Positions 52,206 through 62,340 of a DNA stretch of 64,000 nt are shown here, one piece after another. This DNA comes from Nitrosopumilus sp. (GTDB taxonomy: Archaea > Thermoproteota > Nitrososphaeria > Nitrososphaerales > Nitrosopumilaceae). The stretch is taken from positions 288,001-352,000 of the forward strand of contig OZ252243.1 of the NCBI GenBank assembly GCA_965249555.1, given 5' to 3'. Numbering within the stretch: position 1 is the stretch's first letter; each line of letters starts with the position of its first letter. The notes beneath the pieces are model-generated. The model saw only the letters and a list, made by a program, of their open reading frames with translations. It did no database searches and was not told the DNA's origin. A program made the translations under genes and the position numbers.

Positions 52206-53978
52206 ATGGTAGAATATCAGCTTGGAGGATGGGATTTATCAGAACTTGCAAAGAATCCAAAGAGCCAAGCATTTCAAAAACAAATTAAAGAATTAGAGAA
52301 TCAGGCAAAAAAGTTTGAAAAAATAAAATTAAAACTAGATCCCAAAATGTCCTCAAAAAAATTTATGAGTATTCTACAGGATGTTGAAAAAATTTCTGAA
52401 AAGATGAGCAAGATTGGAGGATATGCATCATTATCATATTCTTCAGATACTCAATCAGATGAAGCAACATCCCTAATGACAAAGATGTCAAAATTAGGTT
52501 CTGAGATTTCTAACAGGATTTTATTTTTTGATTTATGGTGGAAAACACAAGTAGACGAGAAGAATGCAAAGAGACTCATCAAAGATGCAGGAGAACTCGC
52601 AGAATATTTGTCACACAAGAGACTATTTGCAAAATATGCTCTTAGTGAACCTGAAGAGAGAATCATCAACACATTAGATGTTACAGGCATATCTGCACTT
52701 GTAAAACTGTATGACAAGATAACTAATGCCTATGAATACAAAATGAAAATAGGAAGCAAAACAAAAAAGATGACAAGGGAGGAACTCACAAACTATGTAC
52801 GAAGTACAAGTCCAAAGATTCGCGAGACTGCCTACAAAACCATTCTAACAAAATATACGGAAAACAAAGGAGTGATAGGCGAGATATATCAGAACATTGT
52901 TCTTAATTGGAAAGATGAGGGCATCGAAATAAGAGGATATGATTCTCCAATATCAATGAGAAACATTGGAAACAATGTGGATGACAAAACCATAGAATCT
53001 CTTCTTTCAGTTTGTAGGAAAAATTCTCCTATTTTTCAAAAGTTCTTTGTTCAAAAAGCAAAGATGTTGAAAATTAAAAAGCTGCGAAGATACGATGTAT
53101 ACGCCCCAGCAGCAGCCAATATCAAGGAAAAAAATTATACATACAGCAAATCAGTAAAACTAGTCTTTGAGTCACTTGGAAAGTTTAGTGAAACATTAGA
53201 AGAATTTGCAAGAAAAGTTTTCAATGAAAACCATATTGATTCATCTGTAAGACAAGGAAAAAGAGATGGGGCATTTTGCAGTACTCTTACACCAAAAATT
53301 ACACCATATGTACTGGTAAATTTTACAGGCAAATCAAGAGATGTTTTTACTTTAGCACATGAATTAGGTCATGCAGTACACAGCCAAGCAGCACAAGATA
53401 GATCAATTTTGGTTCAAGATGCCCCACTGCCTCTAGCAGAGACAGCGTCTACTTTCTCAGAGTTGCTATTGTACGATAATCTATCTGACAAAATTTCTGA
53501 TGATGAAAAGAAGATTGTGTTATCAGAAAAAATTGATGATTTGTATGCAACAATTCTAAGGCAATCATTTTTTACAATCTTTGAAGTTGATGCTCACAAG
53601 CAAATTGGAGAAGGAACCACAGTAAATGAAATTTCAAAGACATATCTGCAAAATCTAAAAGAACAATTTGGAAATTCGGTGAGTCTTTCTGAAGATTTTG
53701 CAATAGAGTGGAGTTGTATCCCACACTTTTACCATACACCATTTTACTGCTATGCATACTCTTTTGGAAACTTGCTTGCGTTGTCTCTATTTCAGAGATA
53801 CAAAAAAGAAGGCAAAGACTTTGTTTCATCATACATTAACATTCTTGCAGCAGGCGGTGCCAAAAAACCAGAAAAACTTCTCTCAGAATATGGATTTGAT
53901 ATCAGATCTCCAAAGTTTTGGCAAGAAGGTTTTGATTATGTGAATGAGCAAGTAAAAGCACTATCATCATTGAACTAG
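52206..53978 (+). CDS. pepF: M3B oligoendopeptidase F
   Basis: WDLS, GKRDGAFC, HELGH, AETAS and HFY..PFY.YAY motifs. Confidence 0.92.
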   Translation: MVEYQLGGWDLSELAKNPKSQAFQKQIKELENQAKKFEKIKLKLDPKMSSKKFMSILQDVEKISEKMSKIGGYASLSYSSDTQSDEATSLMTKMSKLGSEISNRILFFDLWWKTQVDEKNAKRLIKDAGELAEYLSHKRLFAKYALSEPEERIINTLDVTGISALVKLYDKITNAYEYKMKIGSKTKKMTREELTNYVRSTSPKIRETAYKTILTKYTENKGVIGEIYQNIVLNWKDEGIEIRGYDSPISMRNIGNNVDDKTIESLLSVCRKNSPIFQKFFVQKAKMLKIKKLRRYDVYAPAAANIKEKNYTYSKSVKLVFESLGKFSETLEEFARKVFNENHIDSSVRQGKRDGAFCSTLTPKITPYVLVNFTGKSRDVFTLAHELGHAVHSQAAQDRSILVQDAPLPLAETASTFSELLLYDNLSDKISDDEKKIVLSEKIDDLYATILRQSFFTIFEVDAHKQIGEGTTVNEISKTYLQNLKEQFGNSVSLSEDFAIEWSCIPHFYHTPFYCYAYSFGNLLALSLFQRYKKEGKDFVSSYINILAAGGAKKPEKLLSEYGFDIRSPKFWQEGFDYVNEQVKALSSLN

Positions 53979-53992
53979 ACTTTATGATAAAT

Positions 53993-54065
53993 GGGGCTGA
54001 CAGTCCAACGCATGGACTGCCAGCTTGTTCCCCGAACGGTTTGAATTCGATGTCAAAGTCCAAAC
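53993..54065 (-). ncRNA. Candidate GC-rich structured intergenic RNA
   Basis: Minus-strand hairpin GCTGGCAGTCCA-TGCGT-TGGACTGTCAGC with flanking GGGG and CCCC; TTTAAA near 54080. Confidence 0.4.
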
Positions 54066-54093
54066 AATGACAATCCGATTTAAACGTTTGAAA

Positions 54094-54666
54094 TTATTTT
54101 AGGTCTATTTTTTTTGGTTTAATTTTTCTGATTGTACCAGCTAGAATACCAATGGTGATTCCTAACTGATAAAGAAAATACAAAAGCACCTCAAATGTGC
54201 TAGGAGTAAGATCCGTAAATCTACTTAGACCAGTTAGTAATAGTATGAGAACGCTGAAAAAGATAACAAATGCTTTTGCTATTCCATGAATGTCCGTATA
54301 TTTCAAAAGGACAAAAGTCATCACAGTGACAGAAATAGCCAGTACAGTTAGAAACCCAGTATTCATTCCAAAAATCAAAAAGACTGAAGAGATGACTTCA
54401 CCTGTACTTTCTGCAGATACACTAGAGAGATCAATTTTCTCAGAAGAAGCAAAACGTGGAACACTCAAAATGGCATTTACCAAAAATACGATAAACAAAG
54501 AAATGGATACTGTCTTTACATGATTTTGAAGACGGGGAAATCGCACAAGAATAGCTCGCCCTAAAATAATTCCTTGAAATATACCAATGCAAAAAGCACT
54601 CAAAACTGCAATTAATTGAATTATTGGATCTTGAAAAACTTCAACAAGAAATGGGATTAGAGCCAT
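54094..54666 (-). CDS. Multi-pass membrane protein
   Basis: About five hydrophobic helices. Confidence 0.75.
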   Translation of the reverse strand: MALIPFLVEVFQDPIIQLIAVLSAFCIGIFQGIILGRAILVRFPRLQNHVKTVSISLFIVFLVNAILSVPRFASSEKIDLSSVSAESTGEVISSVFLIFGMNTGFLTVLAISVTVMTFVLLKYTDIHGIAKAFVIFFSVLILLLTGLSRFTDLTPSTFEVLLYFLYQLGITIGILAGTIRKIKPKKIDLK

Positions 54667-54814
54667 TACTAGCTAGGTTTGATACAAGTGGCAATATTAG
54701 CTAGTGGATAATGTATTTTCGTAAAAAAAACAAAAAAAGTTCATCTAATCACAGTGTTTTACGATGTACAAAATAAGAATAAATTTAATAATTTCATTTC
54801 TAGAGTAGCAACCT

Positions 54815-55957
54815 ATGCAAAAAAAGATATTTTTCTTAACATTAATTGTGTTAGCTGGAATTTCAACAAATTATGCCTATTCACAAGAAGTGGGTCTTGC
54901 AACTTTTCAGGAAACTGCACAAATAATCATAGACAAAAGCATATCTCAAAATGTTACAGCATCAATTACATTACAAAGTACTAGCATTCAAGAAATTAAA
55001 ATTCCTACAGAATTAGAGCAAAAAATCAGAGAAGACGAAAGGGTAAAGGCCATAATTTTGACTAACCAAGAGCAATGCGTTCTAGGAGTAGTAAACCAGT
55101 CATGTATTATGATAAATGTAGAAAGAAATCCTGAAGATAAGGGCATTATTGCTATTCAAGATTCTTCAAAGGAGCTTGCAGAATTGTATATTGATGAAAT
55201 TAACCAAGCATTTGATACAGATGCCAAATTCTGGGCAGTTTACCTCCATACTGGTGATGAAACAAACAAAGCTCTTGAAACTTCAGGAGTAGTTTCAGGT
55301 AGAGGTATAGTTTCAGTAGTTTACACAATGCCTATGGAAGACACTAACTCAATGTATGAAAAGATTTCAGCAATGCTTGTTCCCAAAATAATTAGAGATG
55401 GGGGGGGATTCTATGATGTTGCAAAGGATTTGTCGTTTGATAAAAGAGCAAAAATGACATTTTCATTGATTCCATTAGATTCAAAATCACTCTTACAGCT
55501 AAAATTATCAGTAGATTACCCAAACAAAGCCTCAACAATTTCAGATATTAGTCCATTAGAGTTTCTTAAAATTGAGAATCTCAAAAGATCAGATTACTTT
55601 TCAACAGGATTTTATCCTTTGAATTCCATAATTCAAGTAGTAGTTTTATCACCTGAAAATACAAATGTTTCAGATGTCAAAGGAAACATCATCCCAACAC
55701 AAATCATCGATAATGAAGAGATCCCCACAGACATTACAAAAGAAGGATGGATTTTTGATCCTGACGAAGGGCAGAGAATTCAAGGCAAATACATTTTTGG
55801 TGAAAAAACATCAGTAAACAAAGAAGGCCTGAAATTTTCACTTGGAGGAACACAACTTCAAAGCACGGAATTTGATGAATCAATTATTGTGGTAATTATA
55901 ATCACAATAGTTGCAATTGCTGCTGCAATGTATTATCTTAAAGGGTATAAAAAATAA
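54815..55957 (+). CDS. Secreted protein with a C-terminal membrane anchor
   Basis: Signal peptide ending AYS and a C-terminal TM helix followed by YLKGYKK. Confidence 0.8.
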   Translation: MQKKIFFLTLIVLAGISTNYAYSQEVGLATFQETAQIIIDKSISQNVTASITLQSTSIQEIKIPTELEQKIREDERVKAIILTNQEQCVLGVVNQSCIMINVERNPEDKGIIAIQDSSKELAELYIDEINQAFDTDAKFWAVYLHTGDETNKALETSGVVSGRGIVSVVYTMPMEDTNSMYEKISAMLVPKIIRDGGGFYDVAKDLSFDKRAKMTFSLIPLDSKSLLQLKLSVDYPNKASTISDISPLEFLKIENLKRSDYFSTGFYPLNSIIQVVVLSPENTNVSDVKGNIIPTQIIDNEEIPTDITKEGWIFDPDEGQRIQGKYIFGEKTSVNKEGLKFSLGGTQLQSTEFDESIIVVIIITIVAIAAAMYYLKGYKK

Positions 55958-56509
55958 TTACAATATGAGTACTGCTGCTGCAAATACAGTTGTCCATTTA
56001 CCATCCTTGTCACCTTTTGTTGATTGAGTAATGTTTTGGGTTTTGTAAATTTCGCCTGAAATAGACCACTGTTGTCTTTTTTCATTCCAGGCTTTGTCAA
56101 CATCAAATGGAATCCCCAAAGAGGATGCCAGCATTTGTGCTGCAATATCTTCAGCATAGTCCCCTGCTTGAATTTCATTTTGACCAAAAGACTCGTATTC
56201 AGAGAGATAACCATATCTGCTCTTATCTTTTGGTTGTGCAATACCTACTGATGCAGCACACATTCTATGCGGTTCATTGGTTTGATTTTTTGAATAAATT
56301 GTAAACATTATCTGGCCTGGTTTGATTAGTTTTAGACCTTCCTTTCTAGAGATTAATTTAGCATTGGGTGGAAAGATACTTGAAATCAATACAATATTTG
56401 TTCCCGCCACTCCAGCATCTCTTAGAGCATATTCAAAACTCGTCAACTTATCTTCATGAACACCTTTACCTTTGGTAAGAAACAATTTCTTGGATACTAG
56501 ATCTAACAT
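55958..56509 (-). CDS. pdaD: Pyruvoyl-dependent arginine decarboxylase
   Basis: SFEYALRDAG..NIVLISSIFPP cleavage site, GYLSE and WTTVFAAAV. Confidence 0.9.
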   Translation of the reverse strand: MLDLVSKKLFLTKGKGVHEDKLTSFEYALRDAGVAGTNIVLISSIFPPNAKLISRKEGLKLIKPGQIMFTIYSKNQTNEPHRMCAASVGIAQPKDKSRYGYLSEYESFGQNEIQAGDYAEDIAAQMLASSLGIPFDVDKAWNEKRQQWSISGEIYKTQNITQSTKGDKDGKWTTVFAAAVLIL

Positions 56510-56667
56510 TTCTGAATTGATGAAAGAGAGTTATTATTTATACTTTAGTTGAGAGAAATATTTTTCATAATTGATTTAAAAAATTTACAATATCATAACT
56601 TGTTCAAATACGTTTATGACAAAAAAGGAATCAGATATTCGCATACAAAGTATTTGAAACAAATGTT

Positions 56668-56901
56668 CTAGTCGTGTTTCTTTTTTTTCTTTCTTTTATC
56701 AGGATCCTTACGTGTCTGGGTTAAAAAGGTAAATGTGAAAAATGCAGCCAATCCAATATTGACTACGCCCATGAAAGTAAGAATCAGGGTCATTGAGGGA
56801 GGAGCAAATTGTAGCCCCATAATCAAACCCATTATGCCTGTTCCAAGAAACATCATCATCAAAACCTTTAGCCTATTTGGCTCGATGTACCTTATTCTCA
56901 T
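56668..56901 (-). CDS. Small two-helix membrane protein
   Basis: Two hydrophobic helices and a DKRKKKK tail. Confidence 0.7.
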   Translation of the reverse strand: MRIRYIEPNRLKVLMMMFLGTGIMGLIMGLQFAPPSMTLILTFMGVVNIGLAAFFTFTFLTQTRKDPDKRKKKKKHD

Positions 56902-57021
56902 CAAAGGTATCAAAATTGGGATTATTATAAACTGACGGTTAATTCAAACATACGAGATCAAGTGAATATCTTTTAGATTCTTGGTAACATTTTAAACCTG
57001 AAAAATTTCATTTTACTTTGT

Positions 57022-57096
57022 GCCAATGTAGCTCAGCCTGGTTAGAGCAGCTGATTTGTAATCAGCAGGTCGTGGGTTCGGATCCCGTCATTGGCT
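57022..57096 (+). tRNA. tRNA-Thr(TGT)
   Basis: Acceptor stem GCCAATG/CATTGGC, anticodon arm GCTGA-TTTGTAA-TCAGC, T loop TTCGGAT. Confidence 0.95.
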
Positions 57097-57175
57097 TTTA
57101 AATTTCTCAAAAATGAAGAATAATTCTAAAATTTGGCAATACGAATAAGTATGCTAAGATTTGGAACAAATTCAA

Positions 57176-57979
57176 ATGAGTTCTGATGATTTTGAATTGA
57201 ATCAAAATAATGAAAAAATATCTGTAAAAAAATCAACATTTCGTGGATTAATCATAGGAGTAATTATAGCAGTAGGAGTTGCAGCATTTTTTGCAGGCGC
57301 ATACACATCAAATCTAAATTCTAACCAAATTTCTGAAGAAGATCTTCAAGATGCAATTGCCAAATTAGAACTCAAGGTATTGCAAAATCAATTACCTACT
57401 AGCCAACCAAACCTTCCAATAAAAATTTCAGCAGATGATGACCCAATGATTGGAAACCCAGATGCACCAATTACAATAATTGAGTTTACAGATTTTCAAT
57501 GTCCGTTTTGTGCAAGATTCCATACTCAAACACTCCCATTAATTATTGAGGAATACATAGAACCAGGTAAAGTGAAACTAGTAGTCAGAGATTTCCCAAT
57601 TCAGAGTATTCATCCAAATGCAGTACCTGCATCTGTTGCATCAGAGTGTGCAAATGAGCAAGGTAAAGCCAAAGAAATGCATGACATGTTGTTTTACAAC
57701 CAAAATGAATGGAGCAGACAAGAAACTGCGGATGCGTTATCTTTGTTTAGTCAATATGCTACAGAAATCCAATTAGAGCAAGAGACATTTGATTCCTGTC
57801 TCATCAATGGCAAGTATATTGACGAAATCAAAAAAGATCTTGACGATGGACGAGAATATGGAGTTTCAGGAACACCAGGATTCTTTGTAGGAAATGATCA
57901 AATAGGATATGTAGAGTTGAAAGGGGCTCAGCCATTTGATAGTTTCAAAAAAGTTATTGATGCTCAACTAGATGCGTAA
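57176..57979 (+). CDS. DsbA-family thioredoxin-fold protein
   Basis: TM anchor, EFTDFQCPFC, RDFP and GVSGTPGFF motifs. Confidence 0.92.
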   Translation: MSSDDFELNQNNEKISVKKSTFRGLIIGVIIAVGVAAFFAGAYTSNLNSNQISEEDLQDAIAKLELKVLQNQLPTSQPNLPIKISADDDPMIGNPDAPITIIEFTDFQCPFCARFHTQTLPLIIEEYIEPGKVKLVVRDFPIQSIHPNAVPASVASECANEQGKAKEMHDMLFYNQNEWSRQETADALSLFSQYATEIQLEQETFDSCLINGKYIDEIKKDLDDGREYGVSGTPGFFVGNDQIGYVELKGAQPFDSFKKVIDAQLDA

Positions 57980-58083
57980 AAATAACAAGCGTTTATTAGA
58001 CCTAAATCAAGAGTCGCAAATATCGGAATAACGACGAGTGAGCAATGAGCTTTTTCGTTGTTGCTTAAGAGAAGAAAACAAAA

Positions 58084-59400
58084 ATGACAGAATTTAAAGA
58101 ATTAGGATTAAACGAGGACATACTGAAAGGAATTAATGATCTTGGGTATAAAGAAGCATTTCCAATACAAGAGGCAGCAATTCCAGTATTACTTTCAGGA
58201 AGAGATGTCGTAGGACAAGCTCATACAGGTTCTGGTAAGACTGCAGCTTTTGCATTAGCAATGCTACAAAAAATTCAACCAAAAAATGGAATTCAAGGAT
58301 TGATCATGGCCCCTACAAGAGAGTTGGCAATGCAGATTTCAGAGGAAATAAAGAAATTTGGAAAATATACCAAAATCAGAGTAGCAACAGTTTATGGAGG
58401 ACAAGGAATGGGAATCCAGCTAGACGCTCTTGATAGAGGAGTAGAGATTGTCGTAGCAACACCAGGTAGACTAATAGATCATCTCAAAAGAGGTACAATA
58501 GAACTAAGGGACATTACCCACATCGTTCTGGATGAAGCAGATACAATGTTAGACATGGGATTCATTGACGATATTCAATTTATTTTAGATTTAGCACCAG
58601 AAGAGAGAGTAATGTCATTGTATTCAGCAACAATGCCAACTGAGATTCTAAGACTCTCTGAGGAGTATCTGAATAATCCAAAACAGTTTCTATTAGATGC
58701 AGATGATCTGAGTGGGGAAGGAATAGATCAATCATATTTAGTGATTAAAGACCGAGACAAATTCAAGTATCTAATTGATTTTATCAAACCAGTAAGACAC
58801 CAAGCCATTGTATTTTGTTCAACAAAATACAGAACTAGGGATGTTGCAAAGTTCCTTCATCAAGAGAAATTCAATGCAGTAGCAATAGAAGGCGACATGT
58901 CACAGCACAGAAGAGAGCAAGCAATGGGAAAATTCCGAAGTGGAAAAGCTGACATCCTTGTAGCAACAGATGTAGCCTCAAGAGGCATAGATGTGCCAAG
59001 AGTAGAACTAGTGATTAATTATGATGTTCCAAATCAAGAACTAGTATACTTTCATAGAATTGGAAGAACAGCTAGAGCAGGTGCAAAAGGTAAAGCAATA
59101 ACATTTGTGTCATATTCATCTGTTGGAGATTGGAATCTTATCAAACGTCAAATCAAAGTTCCACTCGAAGATTTGAATCAAAAAATGGGAATTCAAATTT
59201 CAATTCCAGATCCTCTAAAAAGACAAATGCCATCAAGAAGATATGGAGGTCAATCAAGGTCTAACTATTCCAAAGGAGGACGTTCTGGAGGATATGGAAG
59301 AACAGACAGAGGCCGAGATTCAAGAGATGATAGAGGCGGTAGAAAAAGATTCAACGACAAAGGCGGTAAAAATAGTTACGGCGGTCGTAGTAGATGGTAG
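58084..59400 (+). CDS. DEAD-box RNA helicase
   Basis: GSGKT, PTRELA, TPGR, DEAD, SAT and HRIGRTAR motifs with an RG-rich tail. Confidence 0.96.
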   Translation: MTEFKELGLNEDILKGINDLGYKEAFPIQEAAIPVLLSGRDVVGQAHTGSGKTAAFALAMLQKIQPKNGIQGLIMAPTRELAMQISEEIKKFGKYTKIRVATVYGGQGMGIQLDALDRGVEIVVATPGRLIDHLKRGTIELRDITHIVLDEADTMLDMGFIDDIQFILDLAPEERVMSLYSATMPTEILRLSEEYLNNPKQFLLDADDLSGEGIDQSYLVIKDRDKFKYLIDFIKPVRHQAIVFCSTKYRTRDVAKFLHQEKFNAVAIEGDMSQHRREQAMGKFRSGKADILVATDVASRGIDVPRVELVINYDVPNQELVYFHRIGRTARAGAKGKAITFVSYSSVGDWNLIKRQIKVPLEDLNQKMGIQISIPDPLKRQMPSRRYGGQSRSNYSKGGRSGGYGRTDRGRDSRDDRGGRKRFNDKGGKNSYGGRSRW

Positions 59401-59451
59401 TAATTGTAAAACTTAAAGGCTTGAACTGCGTAATTGTTGTAAGATAAGGTA

Positions 59452-59685
59452 ATGATCAAAGGATTCATTTTATTAAATTGTGATCTGGGTGCTGAAGAAT
59501 ACATTGTAGATAAATTAAAACAGATGCAAGAAGTTAGAAATGCATATCTTACTTTTGGAGCATATGATGTAATTGCAGAAATCCAAACAGAAAGTCAAGA
59601 AGAATTTGAAAAAGCAATTGCAACAATTAGAAAACTCTCCAGAGTGGTTAGTACAATGACACTAAATGTGATTGTGCCCGAATAA
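59452..59685 (+). CDS. Lrp/AsnC ligand-binding (RAM) domain protein
   Basis: FILLNC..AYLTFGAYDVIAEI..IRKL..V.STMTL. Confidence 0.88.
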   Translation: MIKGFILLNCDLGAEEYIVDKLKQMQEVRNAYLTFGAYDVIAEIQTESQEEFEKAIATIRKLSRVVSTMTLNVIVPE

Positions 59686-60020
59686 TTGTTTAGGGCGTGA
59701 TTTTTGCATAAATTAGTTTCAGACAGTAGCCAAGTTTGTTCCTAGTTTTCAGTTTTTCGTCTTCTACTTGAACGTAATCTGGTGTTACATTGGTCAAAAC
59801 TAGGCAGATTCTAAACTGATGGCCAATCCAGTACCAGTATTATTATCGGGCTATCTGATACAATGTGCTTGATTTCAAGAAATTGTCTTTTACTGTAACT
59901 TGCACTAAATAATCTGCAGCCAGCCCCCATCATCCTTGTATCAAAAGTTACCTAATGTCAGTAATGAATCTAGTTTTATTATGTTAGATTAGTTAATAAT
60001 AGTTGCAAAATTATTCATGC

Positions 60021-60302
60021 CTATTTTTTTGACAAAGTTGGAATTACATTACGTAGAACAAAGATCCCAGGAATTAAAAACATCAAAACAGCTACAACTT
60101 GTATCCACAAAACCTTATGAATTGCCATATCTAAAGCAATTTCTCTAAACAAACCAAATGTAGCAAGTATCATAATTACTAATGGATATGCAGACCAAAT
60201 AACACCACCAAATAAAATAATCACTAAAATTATTTTAAATATTTTTAAAAATAAAAAGAGAGAGGGATTAGTTTGCATAGTGCCAAGCAATGACATATCC
60301 AT
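60021..60302 (-). CDS. Small membrane protein downstream of secreted protein A (start uncertain)
   Basis: Two to three hydrophobic segments directly after the stop at 60268. Confidence 0.55.
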   Translation of the reverse strand: MDMSLLGTMQTNPSLFLFLKIFKIILVIILFGGVIWSAYPLVIMILATFGLFREIALDMAIHKVLWIQVVAVLMFLIPGIFVLRNVIPTLSKK

Positions 60303-61032
60303 CCCACCACCAAACAGGTGCAGTATATTCCAGAATTTCAGGATTTGGTTCAGGACCTTGGGAATTAAATGAATTGTAAGTTTGGACTATCCCTTGCATT
60401 CTCATTTCACCACGATAACAACCATACGCATTTACTTCTTTGGCATAATCATTTCCATAATTCCCACTGGCATAAATAGGAACTTGATGATATCCATCAC
60501 CTAGTAGATAATCTACAGCACTACCAATTGTATATAATAAATATACTTGAGGTGCAGGTAATGGATTCCAAGGAGCGCCACCACAAACTTCACCCCATGC
60601 AAAGGCTTCAGGTAATATCCAATCAAAACCAATAATATCATTTATTAATTCTTTAGATTTTGTTTTTTTATCTTGAATATCTTTAGTGAATTCTGAGAAC
60701 TTTTCAGTTAACTCATCACTAACGACTGGTTTTTCATCGGGGTTGTTTTGTGCTTGACTACGGAAAGAGTTTTGCATTTCAATGTAATCAGAAGCAATTT
60801 GTATTGTTTCTAGATCTAATGGAATCTCACTAATGTCTTTTGTGAATTGTACTAAACCATTTTCATCTAAGATCACATATGGTGTAATTGCTTTAATTGT
60901 ATCTGATACTTGTGTTGGTGAATATCTTTGAGTTTCTGCATCACCTTGTGCTGCATTCATACCAGAGAATGGTAGAACCATTGCAACAATGAGTGATGCA
61001 AACAGTGTTGTTTTTGCGTTCTTATACGTCAT
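60268..61032 (-). CDS. Secreted precursor-like protein A
   Basis: Signal peptide, internal WILPEAFA motif, and a Trp/Tyr/Gly-rich C-terminal domain with two Cys. Confidence 0.8.
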   Translation of the reverse strand: MTYKNAKTTLFASLIVAMVLPFSGMNAAQGDAETQRYSPTQVSDTIKAITPYVILDENGLVQFTKDISEIPLDLETIQIASDYIEMQNSFRSQAQNNPDEKPVVSDELTEKFSEFTKDIQDKKTKSKELINDIIGFDWILPEAFAWGEVCGGAPWNPLPAPQVYLLYTIGSAVDYLLGDGYHQVPIYASGNYGNDYAKEVNAYGCYRGEMRMQGIVQTYNSFNSQGPEPNPEILEYTAPVWWWDGYVIAWHYAN

Positions 61033-61246
61033 TGTACTATATACAACACCTTGTTATAATACAATTGATAATGACTTGCGGTATGCCTTAAAATAATAAA
61101 CAAGTTTATGGCAATTTACTATCTTACAAAGTATACGTAATGCCTGCAGCCCACAAATTGTACGGTTATACCAATAAAACAAAATCAAAGCACCAAAAAA
61201 GGTTCTATTAGATTTACGGGATCTATCCAAACTGCTGTAAACTTGA

Positions 61247-61720
61247 GGCTCTGATCTATTCTTTGAGACAGATGATGTCTTTATTCACATTGACCTAAAG
61301 ACCGTCCAAACAAGAAATATTGGCGACTACAAGTGAATGATAGTCAAGACAGGCAAAGCAAAAAATGAGGAATATGCGGATGTATTGCCTGTAGAATATC
61401 AAAACGAGGGAAATCCAAAACCATGCCTGACATATTTTGTTACCATTCTTTATGATGAGGGTAATTTGGATATTCTAAACATCAACTTGTTGTGTATGCC
61501 TAACGGTTCTCTTAGTTCTGTTTATGGCTCTAGACCACTACAGGCAGGAAAGAATCCAGGTAAAATCAGATTTAACATAAAGGATGCAGGCACTTTTGAG
61601 TTGTTAGATAAAAAACCAAAAAGAATTAAAGTTGTATATTTCAATGAAAAAATGAATGATGAATGCAAGAAACAACTTTGCTATATCAAATCAGTTTATG
61701 ATAAACAGCCTAAACTTTAA
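61247..61720 (+). pseudogene. BglI-like type II restriction endonuclease remnant
   Basis: GSDLFFETDDVFIHIDLKT (PD-DxK), in-frame TGA at 61334, then LPVEY..KPCLTYFVTILY..CMPNG..AGKN..IRF. Confidence 0.65.
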
Positions 61721-61825
61721 CACCTCCAGACACTTTCCAGTTCTGAATGAATCTTTAGAAGATCAGGTCTCTATAACTTCACAGAGCCGAAATACATTAG
61801 GTATTTCTAACCTCTTTTTTTTATT

Positions 61826-62137
61826 TTGACATTAAGGAAGATTTTATTATATGTTGGATTGCCTGTATGTGGAATTTTATCACATCTTTATTTCTCATTA
61901 TTACTTTCAATATTCAACATTGAATTTGATGACATTAAAATATTAATCATGTTTCAACCAAGTTATCTAATTATAGTAAATACACTTCCATATTTTGCAT
62001 ATGAAAAAGATTTGTTACAATATCAGTGGTTTATGCTTCCATTTTTAATTATAATTTCAAATATAATACAATGGCTTCCAATTGCATATATTATCAATAA
62101 AGTGTGGTTAAAACGAAAATATATTAACAAATCTTAA
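61826..62137 (+). CDS. Small membrane protein, long form
   Basis: 103 aa with about three hydrophobic segments; N-terminus lies within the inverted repeat. Confidence 0.65.
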   Translation: MTLRKILLYVGLPVCGILSHLYFSLLLSIFNIEFDDIKILIMFQPSYLIIVNTLPYFAYEKDLLQYQWFMLPFLIIISNIIQWLPIAYIINKVWLKRKYINKS

Positions 62138-62139
62138 AA

Positions 62140-62325
62140 TCATGGATTACATTTACTACATAATTTAATATTTGGATTATTTCTCCATGAAGGTTGAAAC
62201 ATGATTAATATTTTAATGTCATCAAATTCAATGTTGAATATTGAAAGTAATAATGAGAAATAAAGATGTGATAAAATTCCACATACAGGCAATCCAACAT
62301 ATAATAAAATCTTCCTTAATGTCAA
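62140..62325 (-). CDS. Short form of the same membrane protein, downstream of secreted protein B
   Basis: First 46 aa identical to the long form, then an unrelated 15-aa tail. Confidence 0.5.
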   Translation of the reverse strand: MTLRKILLYVGLPVCGILSHLYFSLLLSIFNIEFDDIKILIMFQPSWRNNPNIKLCSKCNP

Positions 62326-62340
62326 AATAAAAAAAAGAGG

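Noticed and set aside
57022-57096. tRNA-Thr as an integration site for the 60-64 kb island
   Set aside because: No repeat of its 3' end found in the window, and core genes lie between it and the island
59686-59960. Possible mobile-element remnant at the left edge of the last island
   Set aside because: No convincing terminal repeats or recognisable protein motif
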